This document shows positions 38,253 through 51,713 of a DNA stretch of 64,000 nt, piece by piece. The stretch covers positions 67,022,001-67,086,000 of the forward strand of contig NC_043001.1 of NCBI RefSeq assembly GCF_006345805.1, in the 5' to 3' direction. The first letter of the stretch is position 1; every line of letters starts with the position of its first letter. The translations under genes and the position numbers were made by a program. A model generated the notes under the pieces. It was not told the origin of the DNA and searched no databases. It saw only the letters and a list, made by a program, of their open reading frames with translations. Source of the DNA: Octopus sinensis (lineage: Eukaryota).

Positions 38253-40604
38253 TCTCTTATTATAAAAGGCAGATTTTATCTGCCTCCCTTTGTAAGTTAT
38301 AGAAATCTACAATATAGGATTTCTTCAATTACAATTTACCTAGCATTTTTAAGAGTAGAATGCATCGGGTCATGCCAGGTCCGGTTTTTAAAATTTCAAC
38401 CCCAATTAAGCAAAATTTAGAGAAAACTCACATTCTGGTGTATATGTCAAATATTTTTCTTAATGTGGGATACACCACACGCAAACGCACACACACACAA
38501 AGGGAGCGAATTGTTTCACTGACGCTATCACCCTTCTCCTCCTTTGTCTTTGCAAGTTGGCAGCTATTAAAGTGAAAACAGTGAATCCGACAGCGATTAA
38601 GAAAATGAATTGGTACCTGAATGGAGTGAAAATTTAAAAACTGTTTCTTTCGATGATTTTTCTGAAGAAACTGCACCAAGCCACAGACTTTCCCAGAAGA
38701 GTATAAAGCCTTAAACTATTTCTTTTTACTTTTTTGAATGAGCCCATTTGAAATCATTACGCTAAACGTAAACAAAGCGAAAGAAAGGATAGTTTGTTAT
38801 TTCCCACAACCTTAAATTAAATTAAGGCCTATTTTGCCATAAATATTATTATGGGTATCAGAAAGTTACCCAGAATAACAAATTCTATCGTAAAATTTTG
38901 TTGGGCAACGTTTCGGTTGTCGTAGCACAAGTTTTCCGTCGATTTCCGTAAAAAACTTTTATTTTTTTGCATAAGTAATGAGAGCGAAAGAGACTAAGAG
39001 GAAGCGATTTTATGACGAGGAAGTTTCTCTTTGAAGTTACCGTCTAGGGGAAGCATCGATGTACATGTGTGTGTGTGTGTTTGATGGGGTGTGGGAGACA
39101 GACAGTATGTTGTGTAAGTGAAGTGCTTCTGTTAGTGTGTGTGAAGAGACAGAGAGAGTAATGTGTGAAAGAGAGAGATAACTGATTTTTTACTCGGTGT
39201 GTGTATATGTATGTATGTATGTGTGTGTATGTATGTATGTATGTATGTATGTGTGTGTGTGTGTAAGTATGTGTGTGTGTGTGTATGTATGGCCGATTCA
39301 TTGTAATTACAATGAATCGGCCATACATACATACACACACACACACATACATACATATACAAACACACATACATACATACACACACACATACACACACAC
39401 ACACATACATACATATACACACACATATACATACACACACACACATACATACACACACACACACATACATACATATACACACACACTGAGTAAAAAATCA
39501 GTTATCTCTCTCTTTCACACATTACTCTCTCTGTCTCTTCACACACACTAACAGAAGCACTTCACTTACACAACATACTGTCTGTCTCCCACACCCCATC
39601 AAACACACACACACACATGTACATCGATGCTTCCCCTAGACGGTAACTTCAAAGAGAAACTTCCTCGTCATAAAATCGCTTCCTCTTAGTCTCTTTCGCT
39701 CTCATTACTTATGTAAAAAAATAAAAGTTTTTTACGGAAATCGACGGAAAACTTGTGCTACGACATGCGAAACATCGCCTTTTGTTGTATACCCAATTGA
39801 ATATTAGCTAATAACCCATTTTCTATAGCAATGTTTGAACAAAATTTTAATAATTTTATATATTGTTGAATTTACCTGTATCTACCTGCAATTAGAGTCA
39901 CTTCGTGACAAAAATTATAGTGTAGAATTGGTTGAGAATATTTCATTAAATTATCTTCCAAAAATCAGATTAATATATTGATAAATAAAAAAGTTATAGT
40001 TGTTTAATGAAACCAGACTAAATTTATGATTACGTTAGAAATTAATTGAAACACATAAGGGGTGTAATTTGGTCAGAAATATAGTAACGAAAGGGTTAAG
40101 AAAAACCAAAAAATATTTTATTCTTTATAAATGTTGTATTCAAAATAACATTTTCTTTTAAGAATGTGTATATAACAAAGTATGTGTATATAACTACGTG
40201 ACTTATATCTTTATATATAAGAGTGAAGTTGTGTGTCTGTCTCCTACGATTTAGATTCATAACGACTCCCACATTTTGCGGTGTAGTGTAACCAAAACCG
40301 GATATCTTATAGTCGTGATTCATATCGAGCCCTTCTGGGTATTAGCGCGCGTCTACGATGAGTCTACGATTTAAACAAATTTACCATCATATTTTTCCAT
40401 TTTAATGCATTTTTTTTGCTATTATGTAAGGGAAGTAACTCTCTAAAAATATCTACGATGTATCAACGATTTAAAAAGAAATTTACCTTAATTTTTTTTC
40501 CATTTTTAATGCATTTTTTCCCTATTTTTTGGCTATAACTCTCTAAAAATGCTTATATAGTTATTTCCCTTACAAACCCGAGCAACGCCGGGCGATACTG
40601 CTAG
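38253..40604 (+). mobile_element. Non-autonomous Helitron (2.35 kb), same family as 6490-6841
   Basis: A|TCTCTTATTATAAAAGGCAG at the 5' end; hairpin 40577-40592; CTAG|T at 40601-40604. The 3' ~80 bp is nearly identical to the small copy. The 5' boundary is inferred from similarity. Confidence 0.75.
38918..39765. repeat. ~850 bp zero-spacer palindrome centred at 39306/39307
   Basis: Centre ggccgattcattgtaa|ttacaatgaatcggcc. Arms differ by a few substitutions and in microsatellite length. Confidence 0.95.
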
Positions 40605-41727
40605 TATATATATATTCCTTCTGCTCTTCATAACTTGTTTTTATTTACCATTTTATCTAGTGACCTTGTCTCTTTTTATTATTATATACTTGTCTCATTT
40701 TTTATGCTTGCATTCATCTTTTATGTCTCAGCAGCTTTATTGGTGAAATTACAAAATGGAACAACATTATCGCAGGTGTTGAAATTGTGATGATATTTGG
40801 TTAGTAACTGAATAAGGATTGAGCATGTCTACATCTACTGTGTGTTTTCCCTGTCTGCTGTATGTTCTTTGTTGTCTCCCTGTACTCCACCCCCCATACA
40901 CATATAAAGGAATGAGGTGTAGTAGTTAGGGTGCACTCATGATTTTAAGATCATGGTTTTGATCCCCAGAATAGGCAGTGTGTTGTGTTTTCACATTGCT
41001 CCAAGTCCACTAAGCTGTAAACAAGTTCCAGCAATAGATAGGAAGTAAATCCTGTGACAGACCAGCAACCTGTTCAGGGTTGGGGGAGTGTTGTAATCTC
41101 AGTCATTTATATTCCATGGGAACTGGGTTAAGCTCCTACCTTATGAGTCAAGGGCTCATGACAGACCTAAGCTAAGTATGTGCATGTACATATCTATATC
41201 TCTATCTATATATATGTTTGTCTTTTAGTCTTTTATTTGTTTCAATCATTTGACTGCAGCCATACTGGAGCACTGCCTTTAGTCGAACAAATCAACCCCA
41301 AGACTTATTCTTTGTAAGCCTAGTACTTATTCTATCAGTCTCCTCTACTGAACTGCTAAGTTACAGAGACATAAACACACCAACATTGGTGGTGGTGGTG
41401 GGGGAGGGGGGGCAAACACAGACACAGACAAATATATATATAAAAATACAGTGTACATTTAAACACATAAGAGATGGCCATAACAGGACATCTGACTCAC
41501 TAGAAAGAGTAGTTAAACTTCAAACCACTAATAGGAGTAATTTCAAATGGGAAAGAAAAATAAAAACATCTACTCTCTATTTCCTGTACCATGCATGGTT
41601 TCAAGCAACCTTTTGTAAATAAAATAATTTACATTGGCAAAGCAAGAAAACCAAGATTAACATATAAAAACGAGGTGATAAAGAACATGCCTTGTGTTTA
41701 CATGTTATAATTTTTCAAAATCCATTA

Positions 41728-41965
41728 ATTCTTAATTCTTTATTGCCCATAATGGGCTAAACATAGAGGGGACAAACAAGGACAGACAAAGGGATTAAGT
41801 CGATTACATCAACCCCAGTGCGTAACTGGTACTTAATTTATCGACACCGAAAGAATGAAAGGCAAAAATCGATCTCAGCGGAATTTGAGCTCAGAATGTA
41901 ACGGCAGACGAAATACCGCTAAGCACTTCGCCCAGTGTGCTAACATTTCTGCCAGTTCGCTGCCT
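41728..41965 (-). mobile_element. SINE family B (tail subtype 1), complete
   Basis: aaggcagcgaactggcagaa...ttctgagctcaaattccgc...tail gtctgtccttgtttgtcccctctatgtttagcccattatgggcaataaag. Confidence 0.85.
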
Positions 41966-41979
41966 TCTTACCACACAGC

Positions 41980-43373
41980 TCCTTTATTTCATTTAATTTG
42001 CCACAAGGGCAGCACACAGAGAGAAGCTTGCGGGCTGGACACAGACATTAATGGGATGAATGATAATGATGCAAGGATGATAAGGATGGGAGAAGACGAA
42101 AAGCGCCCGCCGACTTTCGCTTCTCTAAAACATTGTTCTTTTTTTCTTTTTTTTTTTTATAAAAAATACAATGAGGCGATAAACCTCTTACATAGTTCAG
42201 AATTCTTTTTTTTTCTTCTTAAAGCACAATGAGGCTATAAACCTCATACATAGTTCAATATTGAAAAAAAGATCACACACGAGGCAATAATCCTCTCACT
42301 TTTTTTACATTTTGTAAACTCTTTTTGAGTCCAAACATCCAATACTTCAAATTTTCTGTCTGACCAGGCTCCTCGCTTCATCGAAGCATCTATTCGGTTC
42401 CAAGCTGGACCACTTGGCCATATATCTAAAGGAGTCTGCTGGGAAGGAATTCATTATCCTGCACAGATCGTTATCCCATAAGACCTCTGCAGCCACCTGC
42501 GAAGGCCACTCAGTGTCTTCCGTGCAGGACAGAAGCCCCTCCCACCGGCCCTTCCTTCCAATTTTTTAAATTTCATTCTGCAAAGTTCCTCCCTTGTGGA
42601 AGAGGACCACAAATTCCTCCTCCAGTAACACACCCGCCGAAGGAGAATCAGGACACACCGGCAGCATGTCACAACCCGCCGGCAGTGTCCCGTTATTCTT
42701 TTTTCTTTGCTTTTTCCCTTGGGCCGCGGGAGGGTGGTGTTCCTTTGCTGTGTCCAGCAGGTCCTCCTTTTCTCCTGCAGCCCTCGGGTCCTTCAGTGGG
42801 CAACCATTGTTGTCCACCTTTTGCTTTGGTTTTTTTGAGGAGGTGGATAGCTCCTCGTCATCCTCCTCCTTCTCTCCCTCCATTGAGGGAGCAGGGAGTG
42901 ATTCCCCTATTAACTGCTCCAGGATCCTGTTTTGGTCCTTGGGGCAGTTTTTCTTGATGTGGCTGGTCTCCAGGCACAGGGGACACTTGGGGGGGGGCGT
43001 CCCTCGAGCATCACCGGATACCTAGACCTGGCCATCCTCAAAAAATTTGGGAAAACTAGACTTTCGGTTGATTTGGTCCATAGGGTCAAAACAGCTTTTG
43101 ACCTCTCCCAATCAGCCGCAGGCAAAATTTTCATGTTGAGCAGCTTGGTACTGCTACCACCCAGACCCCAGCGGATAGAATCCTCTATCCACTCGGGCTC
43201 AATTCCAGGTGGCAAACCGCAGACCCAAGCTCTCATTAACTTCTTCCCACAATAACTGGGAAGAAACATAATTTCCTTGCCCTCCAGGGGCCGGCTTGCA
43301 AATTCGCAAGCTTCTTGGGGGGAGTCAAATAGCAACCAGACCGTTGCATATTTGACTCCCCTTGACTCCCCAG
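41980..43373 (-). mobile_element. 5'-truncated ORF1-only Tx1-like element (element 3) with a 16-bp TSD
   Basis: ORF1-like frames (GVKYATVW, FLPSYCGKK, knuckle CPLCLETSHIKKNC), then a 3' UTR ending gcccttgtggcaaattaaatgaaataaag; no ORF2. CTTCTTACCACACAGC at 41964-41979 and 43374-43389. Confidence 0.78.
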
Positions 43374-44395
43374 CTTCTTACCACACAGCCACACCTATAT
43401 ATATTCTGTAAATAATAATAATAAACTTAAATTTTATAAGTGTTCTCTTTGCATTGGTTAAAGAAAATAGTCTATTGGAGCATATAAGTCCTCAATGTAA
43501 AAAAGTGGGTATTAGTATGTGTATGAATTGAGCCCACACCTCTAATTTTCATGGTAAGTGTGCTAACTGATTACACCAACCTACCCACCAACATCTTCCC
43601 ATTAGATTTAAGAACTATAATTTCATAATATTATGTAAAGAAACAAATATGTGTATTCTGCATTAAATGAAGAAATGGTGCCAAGTGAAAATTCTGCAAA
43701 TAATAATAATCATAAACTTAAAACTTATAAGCGTTCACCATGATATACACACAAGCATATATATAATAGGCACAGGTATGGCTTTATGGTTAAGATGTTT
43801 GCCTCTCACCCACATGGTTTTGGATTCAGTCCCATTGCATAGCACCTTGGGTAAGTGTCGCAGGCTGACCAAAGCATTTTGAGTGAATTTGGTCAGGGGC
43901 TTGTTATGTATGTGCGTGTTATATATATGCATAGATGTGTATGTGTATATATGTGTATGTGTGTGTGTGTGTGTGTGTGCAGTGCATTGTCACTCTCATA
44001 CTGTCATTGTCACTGTCTTTTCAAGTCTTCTATGTAAACATATTCTGCCATAGAAAATCTACCCAACTTGTTCATGGAAACATGAACATTAAGATGATGA
44101 TTATGACACACACACACACATCATAATTTCTTGTGTTCATTCTCATTTAACTGAATATATACTGGAATGATTCTATTCCTATAATTCCTTCTCTGGAATA
44201 TTCTTTCATTTCTTCCACTGGAAATATATTTCCAATTAGGGTCAATCAATATTTGTCTCAGGTATGTGTGAGAAATAGATTTAATTATTTGAAATTTATA
44301 TTTTTTCAATCAAAAATAAGAAACTAATCTTTATTAACATCAGTGTGTGTGTGTGCGTGTGTGTGTGAGTGAGTGTGTGGTAGCAAGGAATAATA

Positions 44396-45640
44396 CAGGG
44401 GTTGGACAAAATAACAGAAACACCTAGCTTCATAGCATCATAATTTTGAAATATCTATAAAACCGTCAAAAGCTTGTTTGATTTTGTTTTTTGTTTTATT
44501 ATTAGTGTTACTTAATATGTTTTGCTAAAATTGCTGTTTCTTTTCAGATATCATCAGTAAAAGGTAATTAAAATTCATTAAAATGATATATCTATTGGAT
44601 TTTCAAAGAGGTCAAATTGTTGGTGCTCATATGGCAGGTGCTAGTGTAACGTAAACAGCTGAAATATTTGGTGTGTCAAACAGTACTGTCTCAAAATTAA
44701 TGACAGCCTTTGAGAGAGAGGAAAAATCCTCCTTGTCAAAACAAAACTCTGGAAGAAAACCAAAAATTTCAGATAGGAAGCGTCAGACTCTTATGTGAAT
44801 TGTTAGAAAGGATCACAAAAGTACAGCTCCCAAAATTACTGCAGAGCTAAATGACTACCTTGCGAACCCCATTTCCACAAGTCACTGGGAGCTGCACAAA
44901 GCCAGATTTCATGAGAGGGCTGCAATCAGAAAACCACTACTTTCAAAAACAAATGTTGCAAAGCATTTAGAGTGGAGTAAAAAACCTACAGAATTGGTCC
45001 CTAGAGCAGTAGAAGAATGTTATTTACCTTATTTCTGATCACCAACCAAGTATATATGTGGAGACAGCCAAAAGGAGCATTTGATCCAGACTGCCTTCTT
45101 CCAACTGTTAAATATGGAGGAGGATCTGAGATGATTTGGGGAGCTATATCTTGGAAATCTGTCAGCCCACTGGTTTCTCTTCATGGCAGAATTGATAGTC
45201 AAGACTATTTAAGCATTTTATCTGATCAAATTCATCCTATGGTTGCAGAACTGTTTCTGGAGGGAAATGCAATCTTTCAGGATGATAATACACCAATTCG
45301 CACAGCTAAAGTTGTTACTGAATGGCACAAGGAACATTCTAGTGAAGTTGAACATCTTATCTGGCCACCACAGTCCCCAGATCTCAATATCATTGAACAT
45401 TTACGGTGCATTTTAAAAAAACAAGTAAGTAGTGATATCCTCCACCATCATCACTACAAGAACTGGAGACTGTTTTAACTGAAGAATGGACAAAAATTCC
45501 TTTGGAAACAATTCAAACTTTGTATGAGTCCATACCTCATAGAATTCAAACTGTAATTACTGCCAATGGTGGTCCTACCCCATATTAAAATAAATTTGTT
45601 TGAAATTTTAAGGTGTTTCCATTATTTTGTCCAACACCTG
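44396..45640 (+). mobile_element. Tc1 (DD34E-type) transposon, full length, degenerate
   Basis: TIRs CAGGGGTTGGACAAAATAA..GAAACACCT / AGGTGTTTCCATTATTTTGTCCAACACCTG with TA flanks. Motifs DFQRGQIVGA, IWG, FQDDN, WPPQSPDLNIIEH. Confidence 0.95.
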
Positions 45641-46232
45641 TATTTCCATTTAGCTGTTTTACAATGGTATTCATTTCAAAATTTACTGAAGGTCACATTT
45701 ATTTTAGGAGGTAGATATTTTTCTTTAAATCAATTTCAGCATTTAACTGGCATTCAGTAGGATGAAAGACTAAGTCCACCTTGGCAAGATTTGAGCTTAG
45801 AATGTAAATGTCTATAACTAAATACATATAAATTCTAACATATATAACTAAATACATATAAATTTGGGAGCTGGGGTGAGGATCCATTCACTTTAATTGA
45901 CCAAGTACTTAACTGATACTTTTTTTATTGAAAGGTGAAGTTGACTTCAACAAGATTTGAACTTAGAATATAAGAAGTGGAAACTATACATTGCAGAATA
46001 TTTTGACCAATGCTTGACCAATTCTAACAGTTAGTAACATAAATGGCATAAAATTACTGAAGTCAGTAGAATACAAGCTTGATTCACCATGTCTGACTTA
46101 CCTTCTTTTTATTGGTACCTAAAGATAGATTATTCCCAAACTGTTTACCTAGAGCTACATTGATTTACCATTTTCCTGTTCTCTTGTCCCTGGAGCACAT
46201 TCTGATACTTCATCCCCACCATCTTCATCTTG

Positions 46233-46583
46233 ATCTCCACCTCCATACCAATTATTCCCACTCAAATGGGTCAGGTCATTTAAATATCTTGGAAGCACAG
46301 TAAACTTTAAGAGTACTCTTGATGATTAGAATATCATGTTTAGAATATCTAAGGCTACAAATGCTTTTGGAAAACTTTACCATCATTTGTGGGATGAAAC
46401 TCGAAACCTTTCACATATGCTGTCTGCACAATATCTGCAACAAAATGGCAAAATATCAAATATCAAAATCTTAGAAAAATGTGACACCTCCAGTACCCAA
46501 AGCATGCTGCAAAGAATTCAGTGCAAATAGATTGGATATGTTGTTCAAATGAAAGATGACCACACTACAAAAATTCTTTTGTA
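46233..46583 (+). repeat. RTE-like LINE RT C-terminal fragment, duplicated near-identically at 48133-48498
   Basis: FKYLGSTV...RISKATNAFGKL; identical ORFs at 46336..46530 and 48251..48445. Copy 2 has a short extra tandem repeat near 48226-48250. Confidence 0.85.
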
Positions 46584-47412
46584 TGGCTGACAGATGGAGG
46601 GATAAGGATAAGTTGAAGCAATCATTAAAGTCTCTACTGCTCAACTTGACACCTTAGGAAAGTCATTGCCTAGATCGATCTGCATGGTGTAGCATCAAAA
46701 CAATTTGAGTTGAAGAGAAAGAACAATAAAAGAATTATATCCTACAATCAACAGATACATTTGTCCAATCATAGGTAAAATCAAGATCAGTGTTCCCATT
46801 GTGATTTCATAGCAAAATCCATACCTGGACTCAAATTACATTCACACATTCATTGCAGGTTGATGCAATTTCTTTTGTTCTTTTTTGAAAGTTATTTTCC
46901 CTTTTTCCACATTTTTTCTTTTCTTGTTTTTTCTTTAAATCATCTCCTTCAAACACTTGTCATCTGAATATATTATCTTTGGAATTTTTGCTACTTGAGA
47001 CAGAATTCATCTATAATAGAAGCAAATGGTTAAGAAGTTTGCGGTCATAGGTTTGATTCCAGGAACATCTTTTACCATGACTTGGTTTGCTCCAAACCTT
47101 GGGAGTGAAACAGGCTTGACAGAAATTATGTGGAGGTCTATAGAATGCACCATAATCTGTAATTCAAAAGAAAGCTATGTCATATATACTATCATTACTT
47201 CAGTATGACAGTATATATTCTGCTTGATTACATCAAGAGTTGGATAACTTTGGAATACTCTGTCAAAATGACAGAACAACTAGATCACTCTTGGTTGAGA
47301 CCAATATAAGAGTTACCATCACCATATCAATGGTACATAACTAAATTCCTTTCTCATTAACCATTTCTCCATGTTTTATGACATTAGTAAATAAGGAAAA
47401 ATTAAGGTTTAA

Positions 47413-47628
47413 CCCTTTTGATACCAACCCATCCAAACTGCTCTTAGTTCTATGATACTTTTTTTCTGAAGTGCTCTAAATAAAAACCTTCTGTCAAGAT
47501 GTTATGTACATTTAAGTTCTAAACATCAACTTAATAATGATACTGTTATTTTACTAAATTCTTCATTATTTTCAAAACTAATAGAATCAAAGACAGAGCA
47601 TTTCATCAGAAATATGTTAAGAAAAAGG
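47413..47628. mobile_element. piggyBac-type MITE
   Basis: TTAA|CCCTTTT...AAAAAGG|TTAA. Confidence 0.7.
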
Positions 47629-47828
47629 TTAAAAACCATTGATTCCTTCAAAACATCTGTCTATGATCTGACATATTTTGACCAACAAATGTCTATTAAT
47701 TAATGAAAATGCTCAGTAACTGTGACTGTATTTGAGACATGAGTTGGTTACATTTGTCACTATATTTTATTATTCTTATTACTGTTAAAGCTAGTATATG
47801 CTAATTTAATACATAGGGGTGTTATTTT

Positions 47829-48090
47829 GAGCTTTGGTGACAAGACATCTCCTCAAATGTCAAGAATCTTTCTTGGAATTCTTGTAGAATATTGGATTTC
47901 ACTTTTCTGCAGGCTGACAATGCAAATCTCATTTCCATTCTTCTTCAATTTCTTAGGTAGCACTTTGAGTCAAGTATACCAATTAACAGATGTAATTCCA
48001 CAGTTTTGTCATCTCTCTGGGTAGGTCTTGATATTTCTCAATTTTTTCTGTTTCTTCAGTATCCGTCCTGTTATCATATGGTATTGCAAA
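47829..48090 (-). mobile_element. 3' remnant of an RLE-type (R4/NeSL/HERO-like) non-LTR element
   Basis: Inverted homologue of 49066-49345. Confidence 0.65.
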
Positions 48091-49009
48091 TTCTATGCTC
48101 TCAATTTGATTTTTTTATGTCCTCTATAATCATATCTCCACCTCCATACCAATTATTCCCACTCAAATGGGTCAGGTCATTTAAATATCTTGGAAGCACA
48201 GTAAACTTTAAGAGTACTCTTGATGATTAGAATATCATGATTAGAATATCATGTTTAGAATATCTAAGGCTACAAATGCTTTTGGAAAACTTTACCATCA
48301 TTTGTGGGATGAAACTCGAAACCTTTCACATATGCTGTCTGCACAATATCTGCAACAAAATGGCAAAATATCAAATATCAAAATCTTAGAAAAATGTGAC
48401 ACCTCCAGTACCCAAAGCATGCTGCAAAGAATTCAGTGCAAATAGATTGGATATGTTGTTCAAATGAAAGATGACCACACTACAAAAATTCTTTTGTATA
48501 TGGTCAGTCCTTATGGAGAAATCCTTAAAATCCTGTAATAATTATCTTAAAACTCTCTCCAGATAGCATTGATGACAACATAGAAACATAAATAATCTAA
48601 CCCCATAAACTACTCAGATATTGTATTTCTCTTGTTGATTCTTTCTTTCCCAGTCTCTTGTAGATGTGAAGTGGAAGAGTAAATAAGATTTTAACTTTTA
48701 GCCTCAAATCTAGGAGAGGATGAAAGTAAGATTGATTAAAAGTATGATTGATTTTAATCAATCTTAGTGCATGAGAGGTACCAGTTTTATTGATCTCAGA
48801 AGAGTGAAGGGCAAAATTTAACTTGGCATGATTTGAAATCAGAATGTAAAGAGGTTTAAGTTCCACAAGACATTTTGTCTGGTGCTCTACCAATTCTGTC
48901 CTTACTAAATCTGTAGCAATTCTGCCAGTCTATATTGTCTGGAGAGAGTTTTAAGATAATTATTAGAGGATTTTAAGGATTTCTCCATAAAAACTGACCA
49001 TACAATTGA

Positions 49010-49345
49010 AGCACAAAGACCAGATATAATTATAGAAGACATAAAAAAGAAAACAAAGTTCAGGGACTTGCAATACCATATGATAACAAGGTGGATACTG
49101 AAGAAACAGAAAAACTGAGAAATATCAAGACCTGGCCAGAGAGATGAAGAAACTGTGGAAGACTAGGACAACAGTTATTCCTCTGGTAATTGACATATTT
49201 GACTCAAACTGCTACCTAAGAGATTGAAGAATAATAGAAATGAGACTTGCATTGTCAACCAGCAGAAAAGTGCTATCCTGTATTCTACAAGAATTCTAAG
49301 AAAGATTCTTGGCATTTGAGGAAACTTGTTGTCACCAAAGCTCGA
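49010..49345 (+). mobile_element. 3' remnant of an RLE-type non-LTR element (PD-(D/E)xK endonuclease)
   Basis: RPDIIIEDIKK...AIPYDNKVDTEETEKL.KYQDLAREMKKLWKTRTTVIPLVI, with frameshifts. Confidence 0.7.
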
Positions 49346-50904
49346 GATAACATCCCTGTGTACTAAAATAGCATACAATAGCTCAGTTTGAGCTGTTATC
49401 AATTATTCTCTGACTGAGAAGGAAAGCTGTACAAAGATACTAATATATTCATTGTCATCATTGTTTGACATCCTCCTTCCATGCTGGTATGGGTTGGGCA
49501 GTTTGACAGGAGCTGGCCAGGCTGGAGCCTGCACCATGCTTCCGTGTCTGTTTTGGCATGGTTTTTACAACTAGATGCCCTTCCTAACACCAACCACTCC
49601 GCATTTGTACTGTTGAGGTCAGTTTTGACATGGTTTTACAACAGGATGCCCTTCCAATTCTTAATCTATATTTAAATTACAGGATTCCCTCATGTTATGG
49701 AAAGTCTGGTTATAGTATTTCACACTTTAGAAATTGTAAAGAATGACGACTAATTTTAGGATATGGCTTGCAATTTCATCTTTACAGAAACTTCAATTAA
49801 TTTTCACAATTGTAAAAATTTAAATTATATTAAATCAAATTTAAAGTTTTGCCAGCACTTAGAAACACCCTCCTCTGTCCCATTTAAGCTGGTGCCTTCA
49901 CTTATTTAACTGAGCTTACTTTTCATTGATTTTAACAAACATACCGACAACTACTCACTCCTTCCTTAGCTCTACGCATTCTGTTGATGCACCAATTCAG
50001 TTGACCTGGGTCTTGCTACTTTGATCTACTGTACCTCCTCCTTATTCACTATTCTCCCTACCACTTTTATTTTTGTGTTTAAAATAATTAAGATAATGAC
50101 TTCTTGCCAATGGAAGTCATTTTTCATTGAATTCTACAGTTTTACTATTTAATATAATTACTCATTGACTTCCACTGCTATTGGATTTAACAAGTATAAC
50201 ACATAACACTGATTGATAACAACAATAAAAAGAGAGTGAGATAAATATGAATTTTTTTCTTTATTGAACAATCATAATACAATTTACAATATCTTCTAGA
50301 TACTCACAAGGAGTAGAGACTAGATTGCTTTCTAGCAGATCTTCACATTATACACATAGAACATATGGTTATTTCAACTAAACTGGGACCTACATTATTT
50401 TTGTAATAGATTATTTTGTGTGAAGGTACCATTTTTGTGGCACTATATATTGCAACTAACACAAACAATGCTAATAATATTTCATCATTAGAAGATACGG
50501 TATTAGGTATTACATCATTACAATATTTAACATCAGTTGTTATTATGATGTTACTTATTACATTATTACAAGTTATGACATTTGTAAGTGGATTAGATGA
50601 AATAATAGCCAGTCATGTCCATCCACATTGGATAGACATTAATTTATGCAATATTTTAAAAGAAAGAAAATGGTTTCCAAGGTAAATGTGACATCAAAAG
50701 TCATATGATACAGTTATATGTAAATGAAGAGTTTTCTAAAATTATCTTTGCATAGGAAATAGACAAAATCTTTTATACCTCATTTATATCTATTATATAG
50801 ATATACTATATACAATAGCATTCTTTAGAGCCATTTTTTGTTTATGTTAGCCTTGAGATTAATAATAATAATAATAATATAATAATAATAATAATAATTA
50901 TTAT

Positions 50905-51480
50905 TATTATTTTGGTACAAGGCCAGCAATTTTAGAGGGAGGGGATGAGTTGATTACATTGGCCTTAGCATTTGTTAACTGGTACTTTATTTAATTGACC
51001 TCGGAGGGATGAAAGGCAAAATTGACCTTGGTGGGATTTGAACTTAGACTGTAAAAAGATAGAACAAATACTGCAAAGAATTTTTTCTGATGCACAAATG
51101 AATCTGCCAATTTTCCACTTAATAATAATTGTTTCAAATTTTGGTACAAAGCCAGAAATGTTTTAGAGGAGGGATCAGTTGATTACTTTGACTTCAGTAC
51201 TTGATTTGGTACTTATTTTATTGACCCCAAAAGGATGAAAAGCAAGTAATAATAATAATGATTTAAAATTTTGGCACAAGGCCAGCAGTTTTGGGAGAGG
51301 GGATAAGTTGATATCATTGACCCCCAGCACTCAACTGGTACTTATTTTATTGACCCTGAAAGGATGAAAGGCAAAGCTGACCTCAGTGGAATTTGAACTC
51401 AGAATGTAAAGATGGTCAAAATGCCACTAAACATTTTGCCTGGCGTGCTAATGATTCTGCCAGCTTGCTGCCTTAATAGT
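50905..51480 (-). mobile_element. Head-to-tail cluster of three SINE family B copies (tail subtype 2) separated by (AAT)n
   Basis: Recurring aaattttggcacaaggccagc ... gccagcttgctgcctt units. Confidence 0.8.
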
Positions 51481-51599
51481 AATAATAATAATGTGGATGA
51501 AAATAATTAAACCCATTTTCTGAGTTATTATTTTGTTGGTTGTGTTATCAGTTAGAGAATTTAGCTTTAATGACATGCATGTATGTATGTATATTATAT

Positions 51600-51633
<34 letters not shown>

Positions 51634-51669
51634 ATATATATATATATATACATACATACACACACACAC

Positions 51670-51713
<44 letters not shown>

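Noticed and set aside
50416-50685. 89-aa hydrophobic ORF
   Set aside because: Non-ATG start, ATT/AAT-rich low complexity, no splice or motif support.
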